This document shows positions 42,215-56,751 of a stretch of DNA of 64,000 nt, one piece after another. Both the position numbers and the translations under genes were made by a program. The DNA is from Eledone cirrhosa (taxonomy: Eukaryota): contig OZ024761.1 of assembly GCA_964016885.1 (NCBI GenBank), positions 18,910,001 through 18,974,000 on the forward strand, written 5' to 3'. The notes below the pieces were generated by a model. The model had not been told where the DNA came from, did no database searches, and saw nothing but the letters and a program-made list of their open reading frames with translations. The first letter of the stretch is position 1; each line of letters opens with the position of its first letter.

Positions 42215-42337
42215 GGAGGTGAGTTTTATTGTAGTACAATAAAGCAATGCAGATATCGGATAAGAAGCACTCTACAGTTTGTGGGACTGGAGTATGCATA
42301 ATATAAGATCAAAAGATGGTTAAAGGAGTTCAATATA

Positions 42338-42404
42338 TTTTATTATGCGCATTTCAAAAACAAACATCATCAAACAATAATATTTGTGTTTTCATCAGAT
42401 AAAA
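42338..42404 (-). ncRNA. Type I hammerhead fold (minus arm of palindrome 42300-42511)
   Basis: ttttat-CTGATGA-aaacacaaata...tgtttgttttt-GAAA-tgcgca-TA-ataaaa. Confidence 0.85.
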
Positions 42405-42407
42405 CAG

Positions 42408-42472
42408 TTTATCTGATGAAAACACAAATATTATTGTTTGATGATGTTTGTTTTTGAAATGCGCATAATAAA
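42408..42472 (+). ncRNA. Type I hammerhead fold (plus arm of the same palindrome)
   Basis: tttat-CTGATGA-stem II-GAAA-tgcgca-TA-ataaa. Confidence 0.85.
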
Positions 42473-42505
42473 ATATATTGAACTCCTTTAACCATCTTTT
42501 GATCT

Positions 42506-42541
<36 letters not shown>

Positions 42542-42750
42542 ATGCTTTGGGAGGGTCATGTTGCCAATAAGAAACACACGCACCAGTTGCTTTCACTCCA
42601 ATTTATTATAAATTTTATTTATAATAAATTGGAGTGAAAGCAACTGGTGCGTGTGTTTCTTATTGGCAACATGACCCTCCCAAAGCATAACAATATCGGT
42701 TTCAACACACGTTTTCAGATAAAGAATCTTGCTAAACAAATTCAGAAACG

Positions 42751-42815
<65 letters not shown>

Positions 42816-43354
42816 TATATATAAACAAATAGTAAAAAGGAAAAGAAATACAGTAGAAAATGGTAGAGGGATTTTTTTAGTATAACACCAAAACATTTAT
42901 TTACAAAATAGGGATTTCTGCATTTAATTGTACCGGTTTCAACTTTATATGCTTTTTCAACGACAGAAGTGTATGGTGCAGTTAAATTACATATTTATAC
43001 GAATAATAATAAAATGGAGAACATTTTTTTTTTAGTTTTTACATACATATTTAGGGAAGAAAGTTCATATTTTTGTCTGTAGTTTTCTTTCGTTCTCTGT
43101 TAGTGTTAATCAACAGAGGTGGTGGTAATTTAAACTGTTGGCGTCGAAGCGGGATCATCTAACAGTTTTCTTAGTTTCAGATGATCCCGCTTAGGGTCAA
43201 AGCAGAAATTGTTTGCTTAAACTTTTGATCTTGCAAAAAATAATAAATATTTTCTCTATGGGTTTATATATACTCTTATATATAAATATATATATATACA
43301 ACCCTTATCGAGTTCTCTCAGGATTTTGGTCTTTGCATTCATCACTACTACTAC

Positions 43355-43425
<71 letters not shown>

Positions 43426-43683
43426 ATGAGAATAAATGTGCTGCGTCGTTGCAAATGGGTTACATATGAATAACGTTAGTCCTTCATCAGTGATCTTCCA
43501 ACCATCATTGGTATTTCATCGCTTTGAAAACCATCTTTATTTGTTTACACTCTCGTGTCCCCTTTATTTACGTGTCCCAACGACTTTTTTTAGCCATTGC
43601 TCGCACCAACCGGAGGTATATGGTCTTTAAAGCGATGAAATACCAATGATGGTTGCAAGATCACTGATGAAGGACTAACTTTA

Positions 43684-43737
<54 letters not shown>

Positions 43738-43915
43738 GTTAGTCCTTCATCAGTGATCTTATATATATATATATATATATAATGAAGACCATCTCAATCT
43801 ATTGAAGTGGTCTGACTTATTTATTTTTCAATTCACAGACTGTTTTTGCGGTCAGGCTCCTTATGTTTAAGTTGCTTGAGGTTGTGTATATCGAAACAAC
43901 AGTGATATGTATAAG

Positions 43916-43966
<51 letters not shown>

Positions 43967-44665
43967 GATAGGTTTCGGCCAGTATTGGCCCAGACCATAT
44001 CTAACTTTATAGCACCACTTGGCGAAGCTTTTCAAATCAGGTTTTGGACACCATAGCCCACTCAAGTAGGGAGTTATTGTTTACGGAGACATACCTGGAT
44101 GTAGGAGGATTATCTGAGATTTCTTGAAGGAAGATACAGGACTAGAATTGTTTAATGATTTTTTTTTCGAATGAAACAGTTCTAGTCCTGTAGAAGCCAT
44201 TTCTATATTAAACTTGATGTTTACGCTATACTAATGTATTGAGTTCCTTACTAACTGCGGTTACCCACGATTGAACTCGGGACTCACTCACACACACATA
44301 GACATATATATATATTTATTTATTTATTTATACCTACCTACATACATACATACATACATACACGTGCGTTCATAACCCCCAGCTACGTTCACCATTGACT
44401 AGTAACTCGAGACTATAGACGAGCCGAGATCTAGAATCTAGAAACTCCTTCTCAAGACAATGGAGAGTTCAAGTCGGTTGGTCTTCAACTGAAATGGGGA
44501 TTGAATTGTAATACTTTCGCTCAATGATTCAATTCACATTACCTTCCATATAGGAGAGCTGGAAGGGAGGGATGTAACCTTAGGACTCCGACAGTTGTTA
44601 TTGTTGTTGTTGTTAGTGTTGTTGTACAATTAGTTTTGTTAATATAGATTGCTTGGTTGATGTCT

Positions 44666-44707
<42 letters not shown>

Positions 44708-44787
44708 TGTTTTTTGTCCATCCACAAAGTTGCACTACTTAACGGAGCAGGACACACCTACTCATATATATATACACATATGAGTAG

Positions 44788-44832
<45 letters not shown>

Positions 44833-45144
44833 CACCTACACAGCCGTTTACAACCCACCTAATTACATAACGTTTCACTTTCCTTTATCATTAAACCACC
44901 GCCATCACCAATCCTCCACCACCACCACCACACCCACTACCACACCACCACCACATCACATCACCACCACCACAACCACCACCATCACCACCACCGCCAC
45001 CACCACCGCCACCACACCCCCATCACACCACCACCATCATGTCATGTTTTGTCATCATCTGCTCACATCTTTACCTCCTCCAAATATGTTCCACTTCATC
45101 TAATCTCCTGCCCCTCAACAATACACCTCACCTGCCCCGACATA

Positions 45145-45352
45145 CCTCACCTGTACCCACCTGTCCCTCACCTTCCCTTATATTCCATCACCTGTCCCTC
45201 ACCTGTACCCACCTGTCCCTCACCTTCCGTTATATACCATCACCTGTCCCTCACCTGTACCCACCTGTCCCTCACCTTCCCTTATATTCCATCACCTGTC
45301 CCTCACCCGTACCCACCTGTCCCTCACCTTCCCTTATATTCCATCACCTGTC
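45145..45352. repeat. 52-bp tandem repeat, 4 copies
   Basis: Unit cctcacctgtacccacctgtccctcaccttcccttatattccatcacctgtc. Confidence 0.92.
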
Positions 45353-45428
45353 ACACCAACGATGAAGAAAATACTTTCAATTCGAAATACGAAACTTTAC
45401 ACTTCAAAGAACCACAAAGAATATCTCC

Positions 45429-45480
<52 letters not shown>

Positions 45481-45603
45481 CTCTGTCCATCATAGGCCAC
45501 TCCACCTCCTCTCAATCTCTCTAAATCCTAAGTAGTGTCTTTCATAAGACAAACATTTATACAGTAAATATTATCAAAAAACCTTCCATCATGATGTTAT
45601 GCA

Positions 45604-46432
45604 AGAACCTTTGTTAAGTGATGTTCCAAACAACAAACAACAAAACTATATAACAATCATAGACACTGTTTCATTAGAAATATTGTAATGAAAGGGCTAA
45701 AGTGTATAAGAACTTTTGTTAAGTGATGTTCCAAACAACAAACAACAAAACTATATAACAATCATAGACACTGTTTCATTAGAAATATTGTAATGAAAGG
45801 GCTAAAGTGTATAAGAACCTTTGTTAAGTGATGTTCCAAACAACAAACAACAAAACTATATAACAATCATAGACACTGTTTCATTAGAAATATTGTAATG
45901 AAAGGGCTAAAGTGTATAAGAACTTTTGTTAAGTGATGTTCCAAACAACAAACAACAAAACTATATAACAATCATAGACACTGTTTCATTAGAAATATTG
46001 TAATGAAAGGGCTAAAGTGTATAAGAACCTTTGTTAAGTGATGTTCCAAACAACAAACAACAAAACTATATAACAATCATAGACACTGTTTCATTAGAAA
46101 TATTGTAATGAAAGGGTTAAAGTGTATAAGAATTTTTGTTAAGTGATGTTCCAAACAACAAACAACAAAACTATATAACAATCATAGACAGTTTCATTAG
46201 AAATATTGTAATGAAAGGGTTAAAGTGTATAAGAACCTTTGTTAAGTTATGTTCCAAACAACAAACAACAAAACTATATAACAATCATAGACACTGTTTT
46301 TCATTAGAAATATTGTAATGAAAGGGTTAAAGTGTATAAGAACCTTTGTTAAGTTATGTTCCAAACAACAAAACTATATAACAATCATAGACACTGTTTC
46401 ATTAGAAATATTGTAATGAAAGGGTTAAAGTG
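45604..46432. repeat. 105-bp tandem repeat, ~8 copies
   Basis: agaacctttgttaagtgatgttccaaacaac...aaagtgtata recurs at period 105. Confidence 0.96.
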
Positions 46433-48532
46433 TGTGTATGTGTGTGTATATGTTATGTTGTGCTGTGTGTGTGTGTGTGTTATGTTGTGTGTGTTGTGTT
46501 GTGTTGTATTGAGTGTGTGTTGTGTTGTGTTGTGTGTGTGTGTGTATGTGTGTATGTGTTATGTTGTTGTTGTGTGTGTTGTGTTGTGTGTATGTGTGGT
46601 GTGTGTGTTGTGTGTTGTGTTGTTGTTGTTGTGTGTGTGTTGTGTGTGTGTATGTATGTGTTGTGTGTTGTGTTGTGTGTGTGTATGTATGTGTTGTGTG
46701 TTGTGTTGTGTGTGTGTATGTATGTGTGTTGTGTTGTGTGTGTGTAGTTATGTTGTGTTATGTTGTGTTGTGTGTGTGTGTAGTGTGTGTGTGTGTGTGT
46801 GTGGTGTGTGTGTGTGTTGATATAAAAAAAAGAGAGAAATTCGTTTAGAACATTAAATAATTCTGAGACGCAATAATCCTGACATTGCCACCGATAAGAC
46901 AACAACAACAACAACAGCAACGACATCAGTAACAGCAACAACAACAACAACTACAACAACAGCAACAACAACAACAATAACTACAACAACAGCAACAACA
47001 ACAACAATAACTACAACAACAGCAACAACAACAACAACAGCAACAACAACAATAACTACAACAACAGCAACAACAACAATAACTACAACAGTAACAACAA
47101 CAATAACTACAACAGCAACAACAACAACAACAATAACTACAACAACAGCAACAACAACAATAACTACAACAGCAACAACAACAACACCAGCACCAACAAC
47201 AACAACAATAACTACAACAACACCAACAACAACAACAGCAACAACAACAATAACTACAACAACAACGATGACGAAACGCAAAATAAATTTGCAGTGATGC
47301 TCCTCCGAGCACACACAACAATGAGTTATGTGTTAACATCACCACCACCATCACTACCATCATCACTACCATCATCACTACCATCATCATCATCATCACC
47401 ATCACTATCACCACCACCACCAACAACAACAATTCCACCATCCCCACCGCAACAACCATCACTATCACTACCACCACCTTCACCCCTCCCCACCGACATC
47501 ACCATCCTCACCGCCACCCTCACCAACACCACTACCACCAAGGCCACCATCACATCAATAACAACAATTCCACCAACGCCACCACCACCACCACCTTCAC
47601 TAACACCCCAAACACCACCACGACCACCGCCACCACTAACACAGCTACCCCCCAAAAAACCCACCACCACCACCGCCACCACCACCACCACCAACACAGC
47701 TACCCCCCCAAAAAAACCCACCACCACTAACAACCCCACCATCACCACCTTCACTAACACCCCCCACTAACACAGCCCCCCCCCCCACCATTAACAACCC
47801 CCCTCCCCACCACCACCACCTTCACTAACACCCCCAACACCACCACCACCACCACTAACACAGCCACCCCCCAAACGACCACCACTAACAACCCCCTCCC
47901 CACCACCTTCACTAACACCCCCAACACCACCACCACTAACACAGCCACCCCCCAAACCACCACCACTAACGACCCCACCCCCACCCCACCGCCAAATTAT
48001 AAAAGACACGTGGTTCATCATTTAACAACCATGTCGGATAAATCAATCAATCATTCGATAAACAAACAAACAAAGGAAGGAAGGAAGGAAGGAAGGGAGA
48101 AAGAGAGAGAGATAGAAGATAGATGTAAGAGGAGGCATTCCTGTGTCTCCTCCTCATCATTACCACCATCACCACCATCACCATCATCATTACCACCATC
48201 ACCATCACCATCACCACCACCATTATCATCACCACCATGATCACCATCACCACCATCACCATCATCATTACCACCATCACCACCATCACCATCATCATTA
48301 CCACCATCACCACCACCATTATCATCACCACCACGATCACCACCGCCGCCACCACCACCACCGCCACCACCGCCGCCACCACCACTACAACCACCACCAC
48401 CACCACTACAACCACCACCACCACCACCACCACCACCACCATCAATGTCGTCTTCATCGTTACGATGTCTTGTGGATATAACATCTTTCTCAGATGATGA
48501 CGTAGTAAGGTTGGTTATTAATGTGTTCGGGA

Positions 48533-48601
<69 letters not shown>

Positions 48602-48648
48602 GTATATATATGTATGCACACACATACATATATATATATATACATATG

Positions 48649-48679
<31 letters not shown>

Positions 48680-48806
48680 GCAAGTTTAATTGAGTTGATG
48701 ATACAACCAGATAAAGTCAAAGAACATTTATGTATATATACAGGCTGTCCCCAAAGATGTATGCACATATTTATTAGAATGCCTTTAAAGTGTGTATACA
48801 TTTTTT

Positions 48807-49001
48807 GCACTCAGTGCTCCTGTGGGATCCCCTACATGGATACACTAGAAGAAGGAGACCGAGGTTGACATATGTTGATACCTTAAGGACAGACACAGGT
48901 CTCTTGGAGACGCAGGACATGGCAGTGATGATGAGGGACAGAGACCGCTGGAGAGAACTCGTCCATGGATCTCGGGAATTTTACCCGCCCTAGATAGATA
49001 G
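48807..49001 (+). mobile_element. 5'-truncated RTE-group LINE 3' end inserted into a small Tc1/mariner MITE
   Basis: [29 protein letters not shown]...MRDRDRWRELV C-terminal motif, (TAGA)n tail, and the duplicated flank atacatttttt. Confidence 0.8.
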
Positions 49002-49025
49002 ATACATTTTTTTAGGACACCTTTT

Positions 49026-49056
<31 letters not shown>

Positions 49057-49085
49057 CATATATATATAATTTAAAATGAGTTAGT

Positions 49086-49147
<62 letters not shown>

Positions 49148-49236
49148 CCTGCTCTCAAACGTGAAACTAAAAACTATACCATTTGTACTGCCTCTCTGTT
49201 TTTTGTTCTCTGTTCATTTATTCAACTATATATAAA

Positions 49237-49422
49237 CAGTGCCGGATTTAGGACAAATGAGGCCCTGTGGTAGTGTGGTAGTTAAGTTATGAGGCCCCTT
49301 ACATGGGCCCTGAAGGAGGTAAACCCGGTAGGCCTACACAGACAACCAGGAAGATGGCCTCCCCACCCTGGTCAACGGGGCCCTCTGCTTAAGCACACCT
49401 AAGCACAATGGTAAATCCAGCA

Positions 49423-49425
<3 letters not shown>
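49237..49425. mobile_element. Probable hAT-type MITE
   Basis: Terminal inverted repeats cagtgccggattta / taaatccagcact. No clear TSD. Confidence 0.6.
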
Positions 49426-49444
<19 letters not shown>

Positions 49445-49454
<10 letters not shown>

Positions 49455-49720
49455 ATTTACACGTATGTAAACTTCCCCCTTTGTATTTGTCCCCTTCTTT
49501 TGTGCCCCTGTGGCTAATAAAGAAACATATCTATCTATCTATATTTACACGTATGTAAACTTCCCCCTTTGTATTTGTCCCCTTCTTTTGTGCCCCTGTG
49601 GCTAATAAAGAAATATATCTATCTATCTATATTTACACGTATGTAAACTTCCCCCTTTGTATTTGTCCCCTTCTTTTGTGCCCCTGTGGCTAATAAAGAA
49701 ACATATCTATCTATCTATAT
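49445..49720. repeat. 88-bp tandem repeat, 3 copies (related inverted copy at ~50515-50570)
   Basis: tttacacgtatgtaaacttcccc...gtggctaataaagaaa at period 88, with (TATC)n linkers. Confidence 0.9.
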
Positions 49721-49775
49721 CTCTCTGGAATAAATAAATAAAGAATAAATAAAGATATCTATACATATATCTCTC

Positions 49776-49825
<50 letters not shown>

Positions 49826-49918
49826 TATATATATAATATATATATATATATAATATATATATATATAATATATATATATATAATATATATATATATATAA
49901 TATATATATATATAATAT

Positions 49919-49969
<51 letters not shown>

Positions 49970-50075
49970 TATATATAATATATATATATATAATATATAT
50001 ATATATAATATATATATATATAATATATATATATATATAATATATATATATATAATATATATATATATATAATAT

Positions 50076-50149
<74 letters not shown>

Positions 50150-50177
50150 ATCAAAAGATGGTTAAAAGAGTTCCATG

Positions 50178-50248
50178 TATTTTATTATGCGCATTTCAAA
50201 AACAAATATCATCATGGGATGATATTTGCGTTCTCATCAGATAAAATA
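50178..50248 (-). ncRNA. Type I hammerhead fold, same family as 42338-42472
   Basis: tattttat-CTGATGA-gaacgcaaatatcatc-ccat-gatgatatttgttttt-GAAA-tgcgca-TA-ataaaata: 8-bp stem I and an 11-bp perfect stem II core. Confidence 0.88.
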
Positions 50249-50435
50249 GGGAGACATGACATGAAGCTTAAAAAACACTTGCGAGCAGTGAAGTGTTAAA
50301 TCAACATATATGTGGAACTCTTTTAACCATCTTTTGATCTTATATTATTTCTACCCCAGTCCTATAAACTGTGGAGTGCTACTTATCCGATATTTGCATT
50401 GCTTTATTGTGCTACAATGAAACTCACCTCCTACA

Positions 50436-50466
<31 letters not shown>

Positions 50467-50469
50467 GAG

Positions 50470-50514
<45 letters not shown>

Positions 50515-50566
50515 TATTTCTTTATTAGCCACAGGGGCACAAAAGAAGGGGACAAATACAAAGGGG

Positions 50567-50619
<53 letters not shown>

Positions 50620-50980
50620 GTTAGTTGTTAGAGAATTGGGTTTGCAATCAGAAGGTTGTGAATTCGGTTCTCGGACAAGGTGATGCATTGTGTCCTTGAG
50701 CAAGACACTTCATTTCACGTTGCTCCAGTTCACTCAGCTGTAGAAATGAGTTGCGACGTCACTGGTGCCAAGCTGTATCGGTCATTGCCTTTCCCTTGGG
50801 CATCATCGGTGGCGTGGACAGGGGAGACTGGTATGCATGGGTGACTACTGGTCACAAACAACCTTGGAGGGAAACATTCTAGGTGCAAAACGCATGGTCG
50901 TTCGTGACCGGAGGGCGTGAATCATTCTATATATATATATTCGGATCTAGCTGTTGAAACGTCGGGGTCCTGACTCTTTT

Positions 50981-51016
<36 letters not shown>

Positions 51017-51133
51017 TTTTAATGCGATGAAATACCAATGATGGTTGGCAAATCACTGATGAGGGACTAATTTTATATGTAACCCATGTGCAACCACGCA
51101 GCATTCCTCTTTCTTCCCATGTTTATATATATA

Positions 51134-51209
<76 letters not shown>

Positions 51210-51224
51210 CATGACGTCATATCT

Positions 51225-51336
51225 ACTGACAGGATGAAAGCTTCTTCAATGGGATCCAACTACAGCACCGGTGGAAGAAGTGTGTGGACTGCAAGGAGGG
51301 CGATGTTGAAAAATAAACCTCATTTGGTCACATTCT
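51225..51336 (+). mobile_element. Mariner transposase C-terminal fragment
   Basis: QDESFFNGIQLQHRWKKCVDCKEGDVEK* matches the F...GI..L..RW.KC....GDY.EK mariner terminus. Confidence 0.75.
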
Positions 51337-51386
51337 ACCACTACTACTACTACAACTATTGCTGCTGCTGCTACCACCACCACTAC

Positions 51387-51456
<70 letters not shown>

Positions 51457-51612
51457 GTTGCTGATGCTACTACTACTACTGTGAAATTAATTACCAAATC
51501 TGACGTAGTGTAATTAATTACAGGATCTAATCTCAGGTGGGAATACTAACTGACTGGCTGATAGGTCTGATGAGGTGAGGTGTTGCTGTCTCTCCCTCTC
51601 TCTCTCTCTGTG

Positions 51613-51675
<63 letters not shown>

Positions 51676-51680
51676 CGAGA

Positions 51681-51731
<51 letters not shown>

Positions 51732-52130
51732 GAGAGAGAGATGGAGAGATAAACAGATAGACAGATTGATTGATATTACACTATGGAGTTATTCAGGTAC
51801 AATTGTTTCTCTGGATATCTGATTTCCACTGAATCAGGTACCAGTTCTTCAGCCTATATTTAAAAAAATGGAATCAATGCAGGCTGTGGATCTAAAAATT
51901 TGAAATAGACGGCCAGTGAAATAATTGTACCTAAACGATACCTTAGTGTCACACACGCACACACACACACACACACGCACACACACACACACACACGCAC
52001 ACACAGGGTGGGCCTCAAGTCACGCACCAAATGTCTTAACGTATTAACTGTATTACCAAATAAAAAAAGATTATCGCTTACATTTAATTTTGATGCGGGT
52101 CGTAAGAATCACTCCCCCTCTCTCTCTCTC

Positions 52131-52169
<39 letters not shown>

Positions 52170-52267
52170 GCGTGTGCGTGTGCGTGTGTGTGTGTGTGTG
52201 ACAACACAATCGGTAAAGTATGTGGAAGGGATATATTAGGTTAACGCTTGATATAGCAGGAAGAGTG

Positions 52268-52303
52268 TCTTAACGTTTCGGAGGCTAGTCCTTCATCAGA
52301 AAA
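52268..52303 (-). ncRNA. Minimal hammerhead fold in a PLE-type end (52200-52510) abutting (CA)n
   Basis: tttt-CTGATGA-a-gga-ctagcc-tcc-GAAA-cg-TT-aaga. Confidence 0.7.
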
Positions 52304-52711
52304 AAGAAGAAAGAATGAGGGGACGGGCGGGTTGGAATTGGAAAAAAAATGTCTTTTAATGATAAAGAGGACGATTTATTATTATCATTATTATTAGTAT
52401 ATTATTAGTAGTATTATATTCTGTTTAGTACTTTACCAATATACTTACTGGAAACTACGCATCGAGGTCTCACTCTGGTGAACCTACAGTAACTGGATGT
52501 TACAATCCCTATATATATATAGGAACAAGTATAACCCCTACGGCAGAGCTCAAGCCGTTTCGACGGTTATTTCTGGACGCAAATAGCCGTCGAAATGGCT
52601 TGAGCTCTGCCAACGGGGTCATACTTGTTCCTATTACCCACTCTACTACCCTAAGTATTGAGTACTTTGGTGCGTTATGGTCCACCTGGTTCCTTACCAC
52701 AATTCCTTCGC

Positions 52712-52800
<89 letters not shown>

Positions 52801-55244
52801 TTGGTGCGTGTGTTCGTGTGTGTACAACGTCTCACTGTGTGACCATCAGGTGGGCTCCCATTGGTAGGTTTCGGTCACGTGGTAAAATTGTAAGTAGCTG
52901 TCCTTCGTTCTCAGTTCAAACCCCACTCAGACCAAAGTTTGTGCTTCATCCGTCTGACGCCATTTTAATCGACTTTCTTTATTTAACCCTCTCCTCCCAA
53001 ATTGTTAACTTCGTGCCTAAATTAAAAGCCATTAACGCCACCACCACCACCACTCCCACTACCACCACCACTACCACCACAACTGCCACCACCACTCCCA
53101 CTACCACCACCACTCCCACCACCACCATCCACGTCTACCTCGCTCGTTTGTCATATTTTTATCTGCTTATCTAAATCCTGACACCGTCTGCAACCGTACT
53201 ACAACCAGCACCACTACCACCGCCACCGCCGCCGCCACCACCATACTATCTCCCCCTCTTCACTATCATCACCACCGTCACCACCACTACCACCACCACC
53301 ACCACAGCCGCCACCACCACCATACTACTTCCCCCACCTCACTATTACCAGCACCGTCACAACCACCACCACCACTACCACCACTACCACCACCACCACC
53401 ACCTGTAGTTCATCAATCAAGTGTACACCCTCCCGCCACATACAAATGTCCCTTCTATCCACTAGCCCCTCATATTACCCACTTACCTCCCTTTATATTT
53501 TTTTAAACTCTTATATGCTTATATTTATCTAGTTTCATATCTGGACAAGGTGGCAGTTGTGGTGGTAGTGGTAGTGGTGGTGGTGGTGACGGGAGTGGTG
53601 GTGGTAGTGGGAGTGGTGGCGGCAGTTGTGGTGGTAGTGGTGGTGGTGGTGGCAGTTGTGGTGGTAGTGGGAGTGGTGGTGGTGGGAGTTGTGGTGGTAG
53701 TGGGAGTGGTGGCAGTTGTGGTGGTAGTGGGAGTGGTGGCAGTGGAGGAGGTGTTTGTAGTGTTGGTGGTAATAGTAGCAGTGGTAGTGGGGGGTTGTTT
53801 GATGGGCGTATTTAAAAAGAGGTGTGTCTATATGTGGAACCGTGCATATATTTGTATGAGGAGGTGTGTCTATGAGAAGGAGGCATGTGCGTATGAGAAA
53901 GAGGCGTGTCTTTATACAAAGGGGCGTGTATTTATATAAAAAGAGGCGTGTCTTTATTGAAAGGGGCGTGTCTATACGAGGAGGGGCGGTGTCGTCATAA
54001 AAAGGAGACGTGTCTGTATGAGGACGGGGGGGGGGGGGGTGTTTATATGCGGATAGGGCGTCTGTATGAGAAGGGGGTATGTCTGTATGAGGGTAGGGTG
54101 TGTCTGTAAGAGAAGAAGGCGTGTGTGTGTGTGTGAAAAGGAGGTATAACTGAATGAAGATGGGTGTGACTATAAGAGAAGGTGTAGAGGTGTAAGAAGG
54201 GGGCGTGTCTGAATGAGAAGAGCTGTGTGTTAGTATGTATAGGGGGAGGTGTCAGTATGAGAAGGGGTGTGTCTATATTTGAAGGCGTGTATCAGTACCA
54301 GGTGTGATTGTAAGTGGGGTGGGAGTAGGAGGTGTGTGTTTGCATGTTGAAAGGTGTGTATCAATGTCAGGTGTGACTGTATGTGGAAGGGGTAGAGGTG
54401 TATGCGTATGGAAAGCGTGTGGCGGTGTGGCTGACGGGAGGGGTGTATGTGTGTGTGTGTGTGTATGACTGTATGTGTAGGTGTGTGTTTGTGTCACTGT
54501 ATGTGGAGAGGTGTGTATCAATATCAGGTGTATCAATAGATATGAAGGAGATGGCGGTGTAGTGGTGTGGTGGTGTAGTGGTGTGGCGGTGTAGTGGTGT
54601 GGCGGTGTAGTGGTGTGGCGGTGTAGTGGTGTGGTGGTGTAGTGGTGTGGTGGTGTGGTTGTGTGGTGGTGGAGGAGGTGTGTGTGACCAGTTTTATAAA
54701 AACAAAACCTGTAACGTCAGATTTGGTTTTGTTCTTTTAACCGTTGACTCATCACGATTCTTTATCATCATCAACATCACTGCCATCATCATCACCATCA
54801 ACATCACTACCATCACCAACATCATCACCATCATCATCCCCACCATCACACCCATCACTACCACCATCATCACCACCATTACCATCATCATCAACATCAA
54901 CATCACTACCATCATCATCACAATCGTAATAAGCATTACAACTGATAAAATGAATATATACCTTTTGGGCAACAACCATCACCACCACCACCACCGCCAC
55001 TACCACCACCACCACCACCACTACTACCACCGCCACTCCACCACCACCAGTGTGGTGTAGTGTAGTGTGGTGTAGTGTGGTGTGGTGTGGTGTAATGCAA
55101 TGTAGTGTGGTGTGGTGTGGTGTAGTATTATTATATATGGTTGTTTATAGTACTAAACAAAGTTGGATTGGCAATTACATGACTAACAGAACAATTAAGG
55201 CATACAACAGACTTTAATGGGCTGGTGAAACTGTATGTATGTTT

Positions 55245-55351
<107 letters not shown>

Positions 55352-55469
55352 TTCCTTTTCAAACTTTGTTAAACCTCTATTTATTGGAAAGAGAGCAACA
55401 AATCAGACATATATATATATATATATTTACATACCTATACATATATACATACATATGTGTGTGGATCTA

Positions 55470-55665
55470 TATAGGAAAAAGTATGACCCCGACGGCAGAG
55501 CTCAAGCCGTTTCGACGGCTAATTCAGTCCAGAATTAGCCGTCGAAACGGCTTGAGCTCTGCTGTCGGGGTCATACTTGTTCCTATTACCCACTCTACTA
55601 CCCTAGGTATTGAGTACTTTGGTGCGTTATGGACCATCTGGTTCCTTACCACATTTCCTTCGTTA
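55470..55665 (+). mobile_element. Fold-back element family at (TA)n (copies at 26076-26135, 30027-30183, 34071-34150, 50941-50983, 52520-52712, 58214-58420)
   Basis: accccgacggc(a/t)gagctcaagccgtttcgac...gtcgaaacggcttgagctc(t/a)gc(t/c)gtcggggtc palindrome plus a shared tail ...ggtgcgttatggtccacctggttccttaccac. Confidence 0.85.
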
Positions 55666-55700
<35 letters not shown>

Positions 55701-56027
55701 TTATATATATATGTGTGTGTGTGTGTGTTTGTGTGTATGTGTCTGTGTAAATCTATGGTATGTATGTATATATATATATATACAATCATACATATACATG
55801 CCTTTCCGCCATTTTGTTTTTCAGCGAAATATTTCGAAACACAATTTTTCGAAACACAAGAAACGCAATGATGTTGTTTTAACAAATATTTTAACTCAAT
55901 ATAAACTGCCTAAATATGGTTGCTACATGGGTAGCTGTTGTGTTCGTTGGTATATCTTTCGTCGGACTATATATCTAACAGTATATACATACACGCAGAA
56001 GTGTATATGTCTGAGTACATATGTATG

Positions 56028-56059
<32 letters not shown>

Positions 56060-56081
56060 CTGAGAATTATACGTATGTGAA

Positions 56082-56150
<69 letters not shown>

Positions 56151-56367
56151 TGAGAATTATACGTATGTGAATGTGTGTATATATATACATATATATATAT
56201 CTATATATCTCTCTCTCTCTATATATATATATCTATATATACTGAGAATTATACGTATGTGAATGTGCGTATATATATACATATATATATATCTATATCT
56301 ATATATATATATATATATATCTATATATCTATCTATATATATATATACATATATATATATGTACATA

Positions 56368-56442
<75 letters not shown>

Positions 56443-56461
56443 GTATATATACATGTATATA

Positions 56462-56515
<54 letters not shown>

Positions 56516-56525
56516 CACATATATA

Positions 56526-56566
<41 letters not shown>

Positions 56567-56569
56567 ATA

Positions 56570-56656
<87 letters not shown>

Positions 56657-56751
56657 GTATATATACATATATATATATGTATATATACATATATATATAT
56701 ACACAGACACATTCAGAGATGTGTTGAGCTGTTGGGACATCTGTAACTCAA

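Noticed and set aside
44390-44720. Minus-strand exon-intron-exon pattern with a ~54-nt GT-AG intron
   Set aside because: All frames stop quickly and no homology was recognised.
46900-48450. Poly-Cys, poly-His, poly-Gly and Pro/Thr-rich ORFs
   Set aside because: Trinucleotide microsatellites (ACA, CAC, CAT) open on both strands.
51523-51900. Exon-like segments with splice signals
   Set aside because: Stops in all frames or no recognisable product. Cannot be supported without transcripts.
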